Shown in pieces: positions 11,598 to 23,640 of a stretch of 64,000 bases of DNA (within the stretch, counting starts at the first letter, position 1; every line of letters begins with the position of its first letter). Position numbers and translations under genes: made by a program. The stretch spans positions 177,415 through 241,414 of IMG/VR virus record IMGVR_UViG_3300009034_000001. One strand, 5' to 3'. The notes under the pieces were generated by a model, which did no database searches, was not told the origin of the DNA, and saw only the letters and a list, made by a program, of their open reading frames with translations.

Positions 11598-12169
11598 TAT
11601 AACTCCCCAATTTGTATATTGGCTGGTAGAACGTAACCAGTATAATAACTTCGGGGACCGTATCTACCGCCTCCGTTGTGTGTAAACCAGCCTCCGTATG
11701 CAGTCCTACAAAACGTTATGTAAAAGCCATCTTCAAAGTACACCTTTCGGAACATATCCTTGCCTAGCAAATTTTTTGAATTCAAAATCTTTGTGACTTC
11801 GCCATGTTTCTTAGTATACCGCTCAATACAATCCTGAAGCGACCAAAGTTTAATCTTTCGTCCACCCGGAATAATATTTTCGTCAACATTAACTACTTTC
11901 ATGATTTCACGCCCCTTTCCAGACACGACGCCTATTATTAAAACGCTTTAAATGCAATTTTTGGAACCAAACATTTTTTAATAATCTTTTTAACAACTGT
12001 TTTCTTAACAATATGATTCTTGATCGACACGTATCCTTTTATTACCCACCAATCTTTATCAGTGCCCATTATCACGCCAACGCCCTTTTTTCCACTATAT
12101 GGACTTACATATTCTACTAAATCTCCCTTGTCTAATTTCAGCATCGCTAATTCCTCCGTTAAATTAATA

Positions 12170-12246
12170 TGGTGGAGCCAGCGGGATTTGAACCCACATT
12201 GCAGGCTTGAAAGGCCCGCGACCTGACCGGATTAGTCGATGGCTCC
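12170..12246 (-). tRNA. tRNA-Glu (anticodon TTC), CCA encoded
   Basis: Full cloverleaf: GGAGCCA/TGGCTCC acceptor, GACT/GGTC D-stem, CGGGC-CTTTCAA-GCCTG anticodon arm, GTGGG-TTCAAAT-CCCGC T-arm, ACCA end. Confidence 0.95.
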
Positions 12247-12688
12247 AGTTTAACAACTCGGACACATATTTCAACAAAGTATCTCAAACCTTTTCCTAAC
12301 CGGATTGTAAAATCTAATTTCGGTTATACATCTTGAACAAGTTCCAGTACTAACTTTAAAACAACTAATTTTGTTCCCAGGATAACCATCGGTGATATGA
12401 CGACTACACTGTTTGCAATATAGTGTCTGATTAAAACTACCTTTGACAAACTTTGATTCTGCCCTTTTACTAGCCATAAATGTTTTCCGGTGGTAGTGGC
12501 CGAATTTTAGATCCAGAAAACTGCCAGCCAAAAACTCTTATGATCTGACGCTGCGTTAGAAATTTAAACACGGAAAACTGTCCAATACCAATGCCAACCA
12601 AAAGGACAAGCACAAAGCCTAAATATATATACATTGTTAACCCCCCGCACAAATTAGCAAAAGACCAAGGTGAATGTTGATATCAATA

Positions 12689-13429
12689 TTACTTTGTCAA
12701 TAAGGCATTCGTTCCAACCTTGACAATTCGGCCACCCTGTTTCTTAAACTCGTTTCGGATGTAAAGTGCGAGTTGATTCCTTACTTTCCTCTTGTCAATC
12801 TTATAACTACTTAGTTGTGAAATCAACTCCTGTGTAAAATCTCGAAGCGCTTTCGTATCTCCGGGGTCCAATGAGTTTATCAACTTTGTAACTTCATCTT
12901 TCACCCAAGAACTCACGTACTCATCCTTCTTACGCATCGAACTCTTTGTACCTTTCATGCGCTTCTTTCCCTCATGATCCCTCACAATGTTGTTAAGTTT
13001 CTGAAGTACCATTTTAGTAACCTCCCGTGTAAGAAATTCCCCTTTATTACGATCCAATTCGGGGTAACCATGAATCCTCGCAAAAGCATTCGCTGATGAC
13101 TCGGTAATAGATTTCTTATTACGTTCAAATGTAATTTTATCCGCTGACCAATCAGCAAAATGACCTAATTCATGTAGAAATACTAAACCTAAATCGTTAA
13201 ATCTAACTGGACAAGGAACGCGCAAAATTATTAATCCATTACAATCAAACATCTCTCCGTACTTAACCAAGATTTGGCTAGGGCTAAATTGGCCAGAACA
13301 TCTAATTGAACGAGCATGTTTCAAATAAACAATCAACCCTTTTTTTGACAACACAACCTTCGAAGATATGTCTCTTAGAAAAAATACAATCAACTCATTT
13401 GGAAACCTGGACTCATTAATAACTTTCAT
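12689..13429 (-). CDS. HExxH metallopeptidase-like domain fused to a family D domain
   Basis: FLHELGHF motif; C-terminal 107 aa align with family D; internal GGAGGT and in-frame ATG at 13012. Confidence 0.7.
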   Translation of the reverse strand: MKVINESRFPNELIVFFLRDISSKVVLSKKGLIVYLKHARSIRCSGQFSPSQILVKYGEMFDCNGLIILRVPCPVRFNDLGLVFLHELGHFADWSADKITFERNKKSITESSANAFARIHGYPELDRNKGEFLTREVTKMVLQKLNNIVRDHEGKKRMKGTKSSMRKKDEYVSSWVKDEVTKLINSLDPGDTKALRDFTQELISQLSSYKIDKRKVRNQLALYIRNEFKKQGGRIVKVGTNALLTK

Positions 13430-13625
13430 TATCTAGTAAGTCTTATGGCTTCCTCGGAAGTAAAAACGGGCCCGTCGGTTTTTCGACTTGTTTACCGGAC
13501 CATACCACCAATTCCAAAAGTGTTGTGTTTGACAACAACTTACCCGGGTGTTGTAGCATGTAATCCGCTGCCAATTCGTCAAGATGCTTGTGTAATAGCT
13601 CATGTACTCCTTTATGTGTAAATTC

Positions 13626-13939
13626 AACTTCATGCATTGTTGCCACCTCCTAAACCATATTTACCTTCTTTTTCCCCTTCCGCTTTGGTTTTATCAATTC
13701 AAGGGTTAAAGATTCTTTACCTTTTTCAATAGCTTTAAGGACGTGTATAATAAACTCGTCTGCTTCGCCACAAATACTTCCGCACATATGCTTAATCTGT
13801 ATATAGTTTTTAAGTTTTATATGCACTTCGTCATCTAACCTAATGGTCAAGACCTTCATTAAAGCCCTCTATTCTTCTTCCTTGATTTTTTAACAACTTC
13901 ATGCATTGTTGCCACCGCCTAAACAATACTTACCTTCTT
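13626..13939. repeat. 45-bp direct repeat (13626-13670 and 13895-13939)
   Basis: aacttcatgcattgttgccacc... copies with 3 mismatches flanking the 13650-13859 gene. Confidence 0.9.
13650..13859 (-). CDS. Ribbon-helix-helix-like DNA-binding protein
   Basis: MKVLTIRLDDEVHIKLK: Arc/CopG-like N-terminus; basic tail. Confidence 0.5.
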   Translation of the reverse strand: MKVLTIRLDDEVHIKLKNYIQIKHMCGSICGEADEFIIHVLKAIEKGKESLTLELIKPKRKGKKKVNMV

Positions 13940-14382
13940 GTTAAAAGTAAAGCCAGTTTATAACGCACATCATCTACATATAAAAACGTTTGGCCAGCAC
14001 TTGGATGTGAAAATTCACGCCGCACGTAATGAACAACTTCCTTGTTCGGACCTAAACCAGTAAAACAAAGCGTCTTCGCTATCCGCACCTTCACTTTCCC
14101 GGTTGATGTTGTATGGAACGGACAGCCACAAGCACGAGCGAAAGAACACCTTTGTAGTACAAAGAATGCCTTTCCGATGTTGCCAAATCGATACCCACGT
14201 TGTTCAAGTGATTCAATATTTAAACGTGTAGCTTGTGTAACATCAGAAAGAGTAATAATTTTACCTGGCCCATTAAGTATCGTCCTCCCAAATGTAGTCT
14301 TCAGTATGACAAAGTCCACTTTCCTACTCTTCAACTCAGCTAATAACTCACCATTTGAACTACGCATAACTAATTTCTCCTG

Positions 14383-14880
14383 TTAAAAGATTTCGATATT
14401 AAATTCACAATCCATTACACCGTTAACCTTATCAATAAGCTTTCCAATTCCTTGGCCTCTCGTAAACAGATAGCATGTATTGCCATCTTTATCCAATCGG
14501 CTAGTAACATCAAGTGTAATATCCCATCGATCAAGAAACTTGGTACATGCAGTAGCCAAGCCTGCAGGACCTTCACCGCCATAACCACAAGCAAAACCAG
14601 TCGCGGTCCATCTAAAGCCATCCTGAAAAGTGATTTCTGTATATGGGTCGTCAGGATTAGGATATGGACTGTGGTAAATGAGTTTTACAATACCGTGTGC
14701 ACTAATCAATTTGGCAATATTCCTGAGACTTATAGCAGTAACTCCACACTCAGGCTCTAGTAATAATTCCTCGAATTTACTCTGTGTCTTCATACAAAAT
14801 GGACAGTAAGCTTCATCTGGCTTCAAAGCGGCCACACCAATCATATCACTCGATTTAAAACAAAAGATACATGTCTTCAC
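14383..14880 (-). CDS. Zn-finger plus GFxxGYGGEGP (DUF6166-like) hypothetical protein
   Basis: CxxC...CxxC N-terminus; GFACGYGGEGPAGLA motif. Confidence 0.45.
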   Translation of the reverse strand: MKTCIFCFKSSDMIGVAALKPDEAYCPFCMKTQSKFEELLLEPECGVTAISLRNIAKLISAHGIVKLIYHSPYPNPDDPYTEITFQDGFRWTATGFACGYGGEGPAGLATACTKFLDRWDITLDVTSRLDKDGNTCYLFTRGQGIGKLIDKVNGVMDCEFNIEIF

Positions 14881-15698
14881 GGTTACCTCCTTAAGTACAA
14901 ATATCTTTAACTAAACTTATGGTCACAAATGGCTTCGTATACTTTTTCTGGCTCCAGTCCGGTAATTCTCATTAGCCGGTCGGGACAGCCAACAACTTCT
15001 GCCTCTGAAATAACAGTTCCCAAAGTTGTCATCTCATCATGAGTTAAAATAACAATTTCACAATCGTCCCTTCTCATCTTGTCAAAAGCATCCGCCTTAT
15101 CAGTAGCTTCGACGGTCTCAATCCACACGGCGCCAACTATTCCCATAAGAATTCCCCAGTAACGCATTTCAATACCTCCTGTCGTGTATTATAACTTCCA
15201 ACTTTCCGTCAATTACATTTAAATGATACTCATAGCTCGGGTAATCAATGGAACCATTACCTATAAATCCACACTCCGGATCACAAGCCACTTCCAACAA
15301 TGAATGAAGTACTTCCCTTTGATTACCTTGTGCTTCCTTGATTAATTGTTCAAGGTAACTACGCACATTAGACGGGTAGCCGTCGGAAAATATTGTAAAA
15401 GAGTATTTTCCAAGGTAAATATTTGCACGAGTACTCATTTTCTAACCCCCTTTACTGACGTTAATCATCAAAGATTCATTTCACTTCAGACCGCCAACAC
15501 ATAGCAGATGACCCGACGATGACGGTAAACCACTGATTATCGATAAGTAAATCCAATCCTTCCCGGTAACTTCCACAGGGCGAATCACAAACAGGTAACC
15601 TTTCAACCTTTACAACTTCAGGATCGTCTTTACACGTTACCTCAAGTCGAGAGATAATTCTTTTAATAGCTTCTTTTTGCTTAGTCATATTCGTCTCC

Positions 15699-15980
15699 TT
15701 ACCACATTTCATTAAAAGTACGTTGTATCACACCGCATTTAAAATGGATTACACTATCCAAAGAAACCATTCTAAACTGCTTTTTAACTCTATCCCATAC
15801 AACCATTAGATCACGGTCCAATGGATTATAACTAAGGCCAACACCTTTGATACCTTTCTTAACGCCAATTCGAGCAAGCATTCTCCTCTGGGCCCCGTTA
15901 GTACGTTTAATAAATGAAATTGAAAAGAACTTCCCTTTCGTGTTGTCAATTAACGCTCTTACTTCATCAACCTTATACAT
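15699..15980 (-). CDS. SH3/WYL-like fold phage protein
   Basis: GKFFSISFIKR.NG..R.M.AR.GV...VVWD..KKQFRMV pattern typical of this phage family. Confidence 0.6.
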   Translation of the reverse strand: MYKVDEVRALIDNTKGKFFSISFIKRTNGAQRRMLARIGVKKGIKGVGLSYNPLDRDLMVVWDRVKKQFRMVSLDSVIHFKCGVIQRTFNEMW

Positions 15981-18448
15981 ATAACCCCCTTACAGACTAA
16001 TCAGGAACATCTCTTCCTCCTAGAAAACCGTACTCATAATCGCATTTAGGACACTTCCAATAATTAAATGTATCGTTGTAATCTCCAGTGTGAATCCCGT
16101 CAACAAAATGTTTCTTTGGTATCTCTGCGCCACAATGAGGACAGAAATAAGAATGATACCAACCTTTCCAGAAAAGACGCTTTTCAGGTTCGATTAACCT
16201 ATGTCTTATGAAGTCTAATTGTTTTACTCTTTCTTTAATCAGAGTTCTGTATTCTTTTTTCAAGGCACGTATTTCTGCTCGTCGCGCGTGTTCCTCACGA
16301 ATAAGTTTATCAATAACTTCATCTTTCATGACCTTTTCTCCATAGCTTTATCGGATTTTCTTATACATCTTAAGAAAGCCAAAAAACGTTCCAAGAATGC
16401 CCTATCGTGTGCATCAAACTGCGGATTTATACCAACATATTTTACAAGACCTCTCTTGACATAATCACTAACGGTGTCAAGTTCAACCAAATCAGTCCTA
16501 ACCTCTTCAGTAAATGTGTGACAATCAAAGCTAATCTTTACCCAGTCTTTCAAAACTGCGTGTATTAACTTCTCCCTATTCACAATTTCATAGTCAAGTT
16601 TTCCAAATAAATCAACTATAGATTGAACAACACTATCAGGAACATCCCACTCAATCTTTACACGTAACATATCAACATGCCTCCTAAATTACAAACTCTT
16701 CTGGCCTTACCATAATTGATTCGCCACAAGCCTTACAGGTTGTTATATAAGCTTTATCATCAACGACCGGGAAGCTGGAGTCACAATATGGACAGTAGAA
16801 ATAGTACGTGTCATCAATATTCCTCCCATACTTCATGACCTCACGTTTGAAACCTTTTAGTACTTTCGTGTCATAAACGTCACGTCCTATTTCGTAATAA
16901 TCCATAACATCATCGCCTGCATCAAAAGTGGTTATCCAAAAAAGATCTCTAACACCTAGAGATCCACGGACCAGAATTGCAACCGTTTCGCCCGTTTCCG
17001 GATCATCAACAGATATCCACCAGCCATTCTCACCGCGCTCAAGAAATTCAACAGCCTTAGACATTTTGCCAAAAAGAAAATAATCTGGGATATCACCAAA
17101 AGGTTGTAGTGACGTTCCAATAGTTAACTCAAATTCCTTGTCCTGACTATAATGAGGTTTCAAATTCATTAACTGCCCTCCTCAACGATTTTATAATAAT
17201 ATCCAATGCAACGTCGGTAGCTTGGACTTTTGCTGTTGTTATGGCCTAAGTTCTTCTGGAAATATCTCAAGTATGTCTTCGTAAGACGCCTTGTGAAGTG
17301 GATCGTTCCAAATTTCATTCTTTATCTGATCAACAGTATCGAAAACATGGAAAAAAGCGTGACTCACGCCATAATCAGCTAAATGAACCCAGAAGACGTA
17401 ATACTTCTTTCCATCAACAATAGCATTGCCAAACATGGAATAAAGTTCTTGTCGAAAGTCAGACCCGATAGGATCCATCATTTGTCCAATACGTTTTACA
17501 TCAAATTGAATGCCCTGGACGGTAAGAGTCAGGTCTTCATCAAACTCATCCCACAGCCAATCCGTACCCCGTGGAGCACCAACGCCTGCAGCTTCAAAAA
17601 TTGCGCTCACAATCTTTTCTTTAATGTCTTCCATAATTCTGCCTCCGTTAATCAAAAATTATGTTTCTATGATTCTAAGTTTTCCATATACAAACAACTG
17701 ACCGACCAACAAATTACTTTTATGTCTAAAAATCCACATCGTTCCCTCATCAGGATAATACTTTCCGATAGGAAAGGCCAAATCAAAAACTGTAATAGTT
17801 CCATCTACTGTAATTATAAATAACCACTTCGTTCTCCAGTTGTACACCAATTCCATCTTAACGCCCTCCTTCCGAAGTATAAGTTTTAGCACAATCTGGA
17901 CAAACGCCAATTTCAACCACGATTTCCCAACCTTCGGAGTTCCGTATTCCCTTGGTCTTCGTTTCGAAACGATACTTCTTTGGCCTAGTTTTTGTCACAA
18001 CTTTATGCTGTCTTACACCTGGTCCAATACTTTTGCCGCATTTTTGACAATTATACATAGATATCTACCTCATACAATTTTGTGTAATGGACTGTTAAAA
18101 ATGTTTTTTTAATAATGGAGTATCTTTATCTACCTAATCATCCACACCATGTAGACTCTAACCACTCGTCTAAGAGAGTGCCAGTTTTCACACCACATAA
18201 TACTTTTCTGATCCATTCTTCGTTTGCGGAACAAGCAGTTATGAAATCCCAATCTGTTTGTTGGTTCTTCCATAAGAAGAACCATGGACTTATTCCACTG
18301 TTTGGATGGTCATAATTTACCATGACAAACTCGTATCCAGAAGCAGAAGACATTTGGTAGATTTCAATTGTTGTCTCTTTGTCCAAACTTACTACAACTT
18401 TTCTCATCTTTGCTCCTTCACGCTAAATTTATTTAATTATTTTTTAAT

Positions 18449-18500
18449 AATATAAACATGTTCGGTCATAGACCTCAAGGCAGACCAAAAAATATTTTTA
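18449..18500 (-). promoter_or_regulatory. Repeated early promoter, copy 2
   Basis: AT-rich UP element, GGTCT-N3-TTGAGG-N18-TATATT. Confidence 0.8.
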
Positions 18501-19249
18501 AAACGAGGTCAACATTAATGAGACTTATTTCTACTTATAGCTACAATCCCAATATAACTCCGAATAGTCAATTTCATCATCACCAAAGTCTTTGAAGAAA
18601 GTACAATTGTAAAAGCCCGGCGTATCAACCGCATAGTAGCTACCTTTATACTGTATACCTCTAAGATGTTGACATAAGTAAGACCTACAACCCCAATTCA
18701 CAACGCAACCGTCTTCAGAGTTGTCGGGCCAAAAGCAACCATTGGGACCTGAGGCTTCAGCTGAAAACTTTTCATCCGGTATGTACATTTTCTTTCCTCC
18801 TTCTCATTTTCTCAACAATCCAATTAGGACAAAGGTATGATATCTTACGGGAGTAGGCGCAGCTCTTGCCAGCAGTAAAGCCACATTTGAAATTAGGTTT
18901 CAGAAACTCACAAGGCTTCCGATCTATTCTAATTTGTCCTTTCTTTATCCTTTTCATAATAATACGCTGACGTCACTACCAACAGTTTGTTCTTTAAAAT
19001 ATTTTTTGCCTGTCTTACTTTTTCAATCGTATCAGGATCATCCAAATCCCACCTCTCCAAAATGGTATTCAGCTCTGCATCGGGCAAATGATACTGTCCT
19101 CGTACTAAACCATGTTTATCCAATATTTCATAGACCGGTTCAACCCCAAGCCAGTCGACACAATTAGCTAGCCACTTGCCCAATTTGTGCTTCTGAGTCT
19201 TTGAGACCTCTGACTGATAACCTTTCATGACTTACCTCCTTGTGTTTGG

Positions 19250-19582
19250 CTATCCAAAACAGACCTTCCTCATTAATGCTTTAAGTGCACATTTATTACC
19301 GCGTAACCTATAGTTCCAACCGGATAAAAACTTTCCTTTATGTACAATATTTAAACAACCATAACTATCAGAATCTGGTTGAGGCACAAGCTTCCAAAGT
19401 GGACAATTATTACAATACGGCCTAGTTCGCGGCGGCCACACACTAAAGTCTTTGTAAAATCCAGCATCGATACAAAGTTGGCAGGAATGGATGCCTCCAA
19501 AAATTACACTCTTTCTTTCTATGGTTGAACAAACAAGGTCAAATACTCTTTTTTGAGTCCAACGCTTCCTTTGGTTGAACAT
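19250..19582 (-). CDS. Family A paralog 1
   Basis: Likely start ATG 19582 with RBS; WT.KRV...CxxC...CxxCPLW...C...KG...GNK.ALKAL. Confidence 0.8.
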   Translation of the reverse strand: MFNQRKRWTQKRVFDLVCSTIERKSVIFGGIHSCQLCIDAGFYKDFSVWPPRTRPYCNNCPLWKLVPQPDSDSYGCLNIVHKGKFLSGWNYRLRGNKCALKALMRKVCFG

Positions 19583-20048
19583 ACCTACGATACCTCCTTC
19601 TTTCTTTTCGAAGTGGCACAATCTTTTTAGAGAAAACGTAACAACGATACATATGTCCAAGTACTCTGTGAGGAACGCGTTTAACACGCATCACAATACA
19701 AACGAGTTTGAGTAAATCGATGTCTTCATAATCGTAAACATCGATACTTGGATTCACTTGTTGGTGTCCGCTACATGAAAATAAAGTGCCACAGCCCTGT
19801 TCACGGGCTCGCATTACAACGTCCCTGATTCCCGGGTCAATTTTGTCGTCAATAGCTGACGTCCAATAACTACGATAGTGTTTACGCTCGTTGTCAGAAT
19901 ACCTTTGGCATATATGATAACAAAAAGTTAATGATTTCAGCCTGTCATTGTGCACAATTGTTATAATTCTACATCGTTTGACGTCAACTGGACGATAACA
20001 AATGAAACACTGGGGCTCAACATTAATTATAATTTGTTCGTCGTGCAC
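19539..20048 (-). CDS. Protein with ID..I..V...T..SCSGH motif (TYW3-like N-terminus; paralog of 56445-56939)
   Basis: IDPGIRDVVMRAREQGCGTLFSCSGH. Confidence 0.45.
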   Translation of the reverse strand: MHDEQIIINVEPQCFICYRPVDVKRCRIITIVHNDRLKSLTFCYHICQRYSDNERKHYRSYWTSAIDDKIDPGIRDVVMRAREQGCGTLFSCSGHQQVNPSIDVYDYEDIDLLKLVCIVMRVKRVPHRVLGHMYRCYVFSKKIVPLRKERRRYRRYVQPKEALDSKKSI

Positions 20049-20375
20049 ACTTTCACTTCCTTGACTGATATCATATCTTCTGCTAACATCTCAATACAAT
20101 TCCAAAAGGTACTCAATGAACCACTACCTGTGGTCACTTTGTAATTGACTTTAGGTTCCGTGCAACAAACCTCAAACTCCCAGCATTGTGCTGGATAGCC
20201 AGTAATCCATATCTTTACTCGAGCCCCGGGAAAGACAACTTCGCCAAGAAAGTGCTTTTCGTGACATTTAATATCAAAAGGTTTTAGTCCAAGTTTTTTC
20301 AAAAGACCTAAATCCCACGAAAAAGGTGTTACCCTATCTAAGCAGTCCAACATATAATATCCCTCCTCCTTTGTA

Positions 20376-21110
20376 CTAACAATTACTTGGAATCAAATCC
20401 GGAAACTCCAGCTCCAAGAACGCTTTAACTCTAATCTTTAATCTAAGTTCCAGTTGCCTTATCCTTTCCCTTGAAAGTCCAAATTTATCTCCAATTGCTT
20501 GCAGTGTTTTTGGCTTTTCAGACATTAAACGATTTTCTAAGATATACCGGTCTCTACTTTTCAATGTTCTACGAAATGTAGCAAACTGTTTATTGAAAAA
20601 CTTTCTCTCATCGCGTTCAACAATCTTCAGGTCAGTAGACTTTTCTTCATCTATTACAAGGCCGATTTGAGCTTGCCGATCCGAAACCTCGAGCGAGTCA
20701 AGAGATACATCCCACTTTACATCTTCATTAATATCCGGCTTGGAAGGCCTAACTATACTCCGATTGTTTGCAATGAACCTCAACATCTTAGACTTAATCC
20801 AGAAGGAAGCGTAGTAAGAAAATTTCACTCCTCTAAATGGGTCAAACTTCTCCACAGCACGAATTAAACCCAAATTACCTTCTTGAATCAAATCTAAAAC
20901 GTTGATGCCAAACCTGTTATAGTATCCCAAAGCAATTTTTACCACTAGCCTCAAATTTGAAATCACTAATTTGTCCCTTGCACTAAGGTCATTACTTTTT
21001 GCATACCTCTTTGCAAGTTCCAGAACCTTTTCTGACGGTAATACTGGATTATGTTTTATCTCTGATAAATACAGCTGAAATGTCCTATTATGTATAGTTT
21101 CTGTAAACAT
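20376..21110 (-). CDS. RNA polymerase sigma-70-family factor, RpoH-like
   Basis: Region 1.2 YLSEI; region 2 SNLRLVVKIA...DLIQEGNLGLIRAVEKFDPFRGVKFSYYASFWI; region 4 TLQAIGDKFGLSRERIRQLE. Confidence 0.92.
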   Translation of the reverse strand: MFTETIHNRTFQLYLSEIKHNPVLPSEKVLELAKRYAKSNDLSARDKLVISNLRLVVKIALGYYNRFGINVLDLIQEGNLGLIRAVEKFDPFRGVKFSYYASFWIKSKMLRFIANNRSIVRPSKPDINEDVKWDVSLDSLEVSDRQAQIGLVIDEEKSTDLKIVERDERKFFNKQFATFRRTLKSRDRYILENRLMSEKPKTLQAIGDKFGLSRERIRQLELRLKIRVKAFLELEFPDLIPSNC

Positions 21111-22433
21111 TACTTATTAGCCATACCGGAGAGTTCCGGAAAAGACGTTCTATAATCTATGCGCATAGCTTGATGTAAAAACCGCTCCAATAACCGAATA
21201 GCAGCCTTTGGATTTTCTTGAATAAGCAAACTAAGTCGGTGTGTTATTTCCCAACAGTTGTTGCAAAGTCTAGTAGCGTGCAGAGCTTTTGGAGAGCCGC
21301 ATTCCTTACAGTAAAACGCCATCCCCCTTGGTATTGTTATTGGTGCCATACACTAACCCCCATTATAAAAGTTAACGGCATTACTTTCTTCGCCGCTCTG
21401 ATAGAACACAAGGGCTTGTCTTCTTGGTCTAAACATTTCAACTCTCACCAAAAGCTCAGGTCTGTCTTTACTTGCCCTATAAGCCTCATCAAGACACTGA
21501 TGCAAACTGGTATAATAGTGCCCTTGGCCTATCTCTACATATTCCCATCGCCACTCCACCATTACTTTTCCTCCTCTATCCTTCAAAAATTGTTTCAAAC
21601 ACTTCCTCCCACGGAGTCATAATATCGATAGACTTTGGTGGCCAACCTTCATTTGAATATACATTCAACGTTACGGACTCTCGACCACAATGTAAGCCGA
21701 AAGTAACATCACCATAACGCTCTTTTAGCGCTCTCTTAAGTTCTTCAAGTTTTTCTCGAAGGAACCAATCCCACTTGTTCAAATTTGGTTTATCTCTCCA
21801 ACTCATTCTTTCCTCCTTCATTACATTCCTCTTCCTTGTGTCTCTTAAGTATCCTTCTGGATAAAACAAATATGCCTAAACTCACCACAATAGCTATATA
21901 ACATATATATGTTACCAAGTTACCTAAAAATGCAAATTCCGTATGTTGAGTCATATCTCAGTACCTCCTAAACAATATCCTCATCAAAGTATTCAAAGTT
22001 TTCAGGATCGGAGCCGTACAATGTTCTCTTTAACTTCGCCTTAGCACTACAACCTTTTTCATCACAACTAACATTGTACATAATCTCAAGATATACACGA
22101 TTGACTTTGACCCAAGCCCTTGCGGATATAAGACCATTTGTAGTCCAGCAATGATTACACTGTTTTTTCATGAGACTCTCCCTTTACTGGATTTCTTCAA
22201 TTCCTGGAAACTTATTCAACATACCCAAATTATAAGTCACAGGCTCCGATTTAATAAGAACATGCATCTTGTAGAGGCCGTGTGGAACATCTTCAAATAT
22301 AAATTCTAACAGCCCAATCAGAACAAGGCCATTCTTCAACCTAACACTTATGGTTTTATCTGTTGTAAATCTCTTTAACATAAAAAGCCTCCTCGTTCCG
22401 AATGAGTAAATGAAAATTTATTTTTAATAATAT

Positions 22434-22487
22434 AATATACATATGTACCTTAACGAACTTCAAGGGGGTCCTTAAAATTTTTTTGTG
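22434..22487 (-). promoter_or_regulatory. Repeated early promoter, copy 3
   Basis: AT-rich UP element, GGACC-N3-TTGAAG-N18-TATATT. Confidence 0.8.
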
Positions 22488-22497
22488 CCTGTTCCTT

Positions 22498-22863
22498 CTA
22501 TTTACCTAAACAGACTTTTCTAGCTAATGCCTTTAAAGCACCCTTATTCTTATATAACTTCTTTTCCCAATCGGCCAACGTCACACCTTTATAAACAGCG
22601 GAAGTACATAAGCTACCAGTAAGCGATTTAAACCGAGACTCTGGATAAATATTCCAAAGAGGGCACCAAAAACACTTACTAGGCTTCCATTCGACCATGC
22701 AAGTGAATAACGTATTTGAGTCCTTACAGAGTTTACAAGCCTCTCCAAAGGGATGGCTAAAAAACATTCCATTGTATGTAATATTTTTCAGTACAAGCTC
22801 GTAAACACGTTGCTTTGTCCATCTTTTTGACTTTTTGATATCCAAATTTACCACCCCCTCCAA
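22498..22863 (-). CDS. Family A paralog 2
   Basis: CKLC...CFWCPLW...C..AVYKG...NKGALKALARKVCLG. Confidence 0.85.
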   Translation of the reverse strand: MEGVVNLDIKKSKRWTKQRVYELVLKNITYNGMFFSHPFGEACKLCKDSNTLFTCMVEWKPSKCFWCPLWNIYPESRFKSLTGSLCTSAVYKGVTLADWEKKLYKNKGALKALARKVCLGK

Positions 22864-23067
22864 GGAGACTTCCGTTCAAAATAAGCTATTTCAGCCTCCG
22901 TTGCTATAAGATGCCAAGTATATGGCATCAATCTTTCTATTTCACCCCAAGGGGAATCAATTTCATAAGCCTTATCTTCTGGCATACCGCATTTTTGAAT
23001 TAGCCAGTTGGTAGCCCATTCACCAAACCACTCCGGACTGTCACTCCAAACGCTCATAATACACCTC

Positions 23068-23385
23068 CTATCCTAGACAAACCTTTCTTGCTAACGCCCT
23101 TAATGCTCCACGATTTCCTTTAAGTCGATTCGTTATTTCACCTAGCCGTCTACCTTTATGTACATACAAACAACAAGCACTTTCAGAATCAGTATGAGGC
23201 AAATCAACAATATCCCTAAGTCGACAGTAGCCACAAAACTTCATAAACCTAAACGATTGAAAATCAGCTCGTTGTTTCGCGTCTATACAGAGCGGGCAGT
23301 CATTGGGAGCACTAAAGAATATACCGTACTTTTCAATATTGTTCAAAACAATCTTTAAGATATCCTCACGCGTATAACTACTCAT
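23068..23385 (-). CDS. Family A paralog 3
   Basis: NIEKYG...CPLC...CGYC...C..VHKG...GNRGALRALARKVCLG. Confidence 0.85.
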   Translation of the reverse strand: MSSYTREDILKIVLNNIEKYGIFFSAPNDCPLCIDAKQRADFQSFRFMKFCGYCRLRDIVDLPHTDSESACCLYVHKGRRLGEITNRLKGNRGALRALARKVCLG

Positions 23386-23640
23386 AATAAGCCCCCATTT
23401 TTAAGATTGTCGTAATACTCTTTCATACAACCCTTGTCACTTGGACACAACCCCCAAGTATCAGCCCATTTTCCATACGACTCATAAGCAGGCAGTGTAA
23501 ATGACTCTTTCCAGAATCTTCCACATAGACCACACCAATAGTGGTCGTACTTAACAGAAGGACAACCTGTAAGGAGCCAAGATAACCTATCAAATATCCT
23601 CCTTAACATCTGACACCTCCATTTCACAATAATTTTCTAA

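Noticed and set aside
21895-21940. Additional copies of the repeated promoter here and at about 58750
   Set aside because: AT-rich -10-like hexamers exist, but the TTGA(G/A)G and GGWCC box at the correct spacing are absent.
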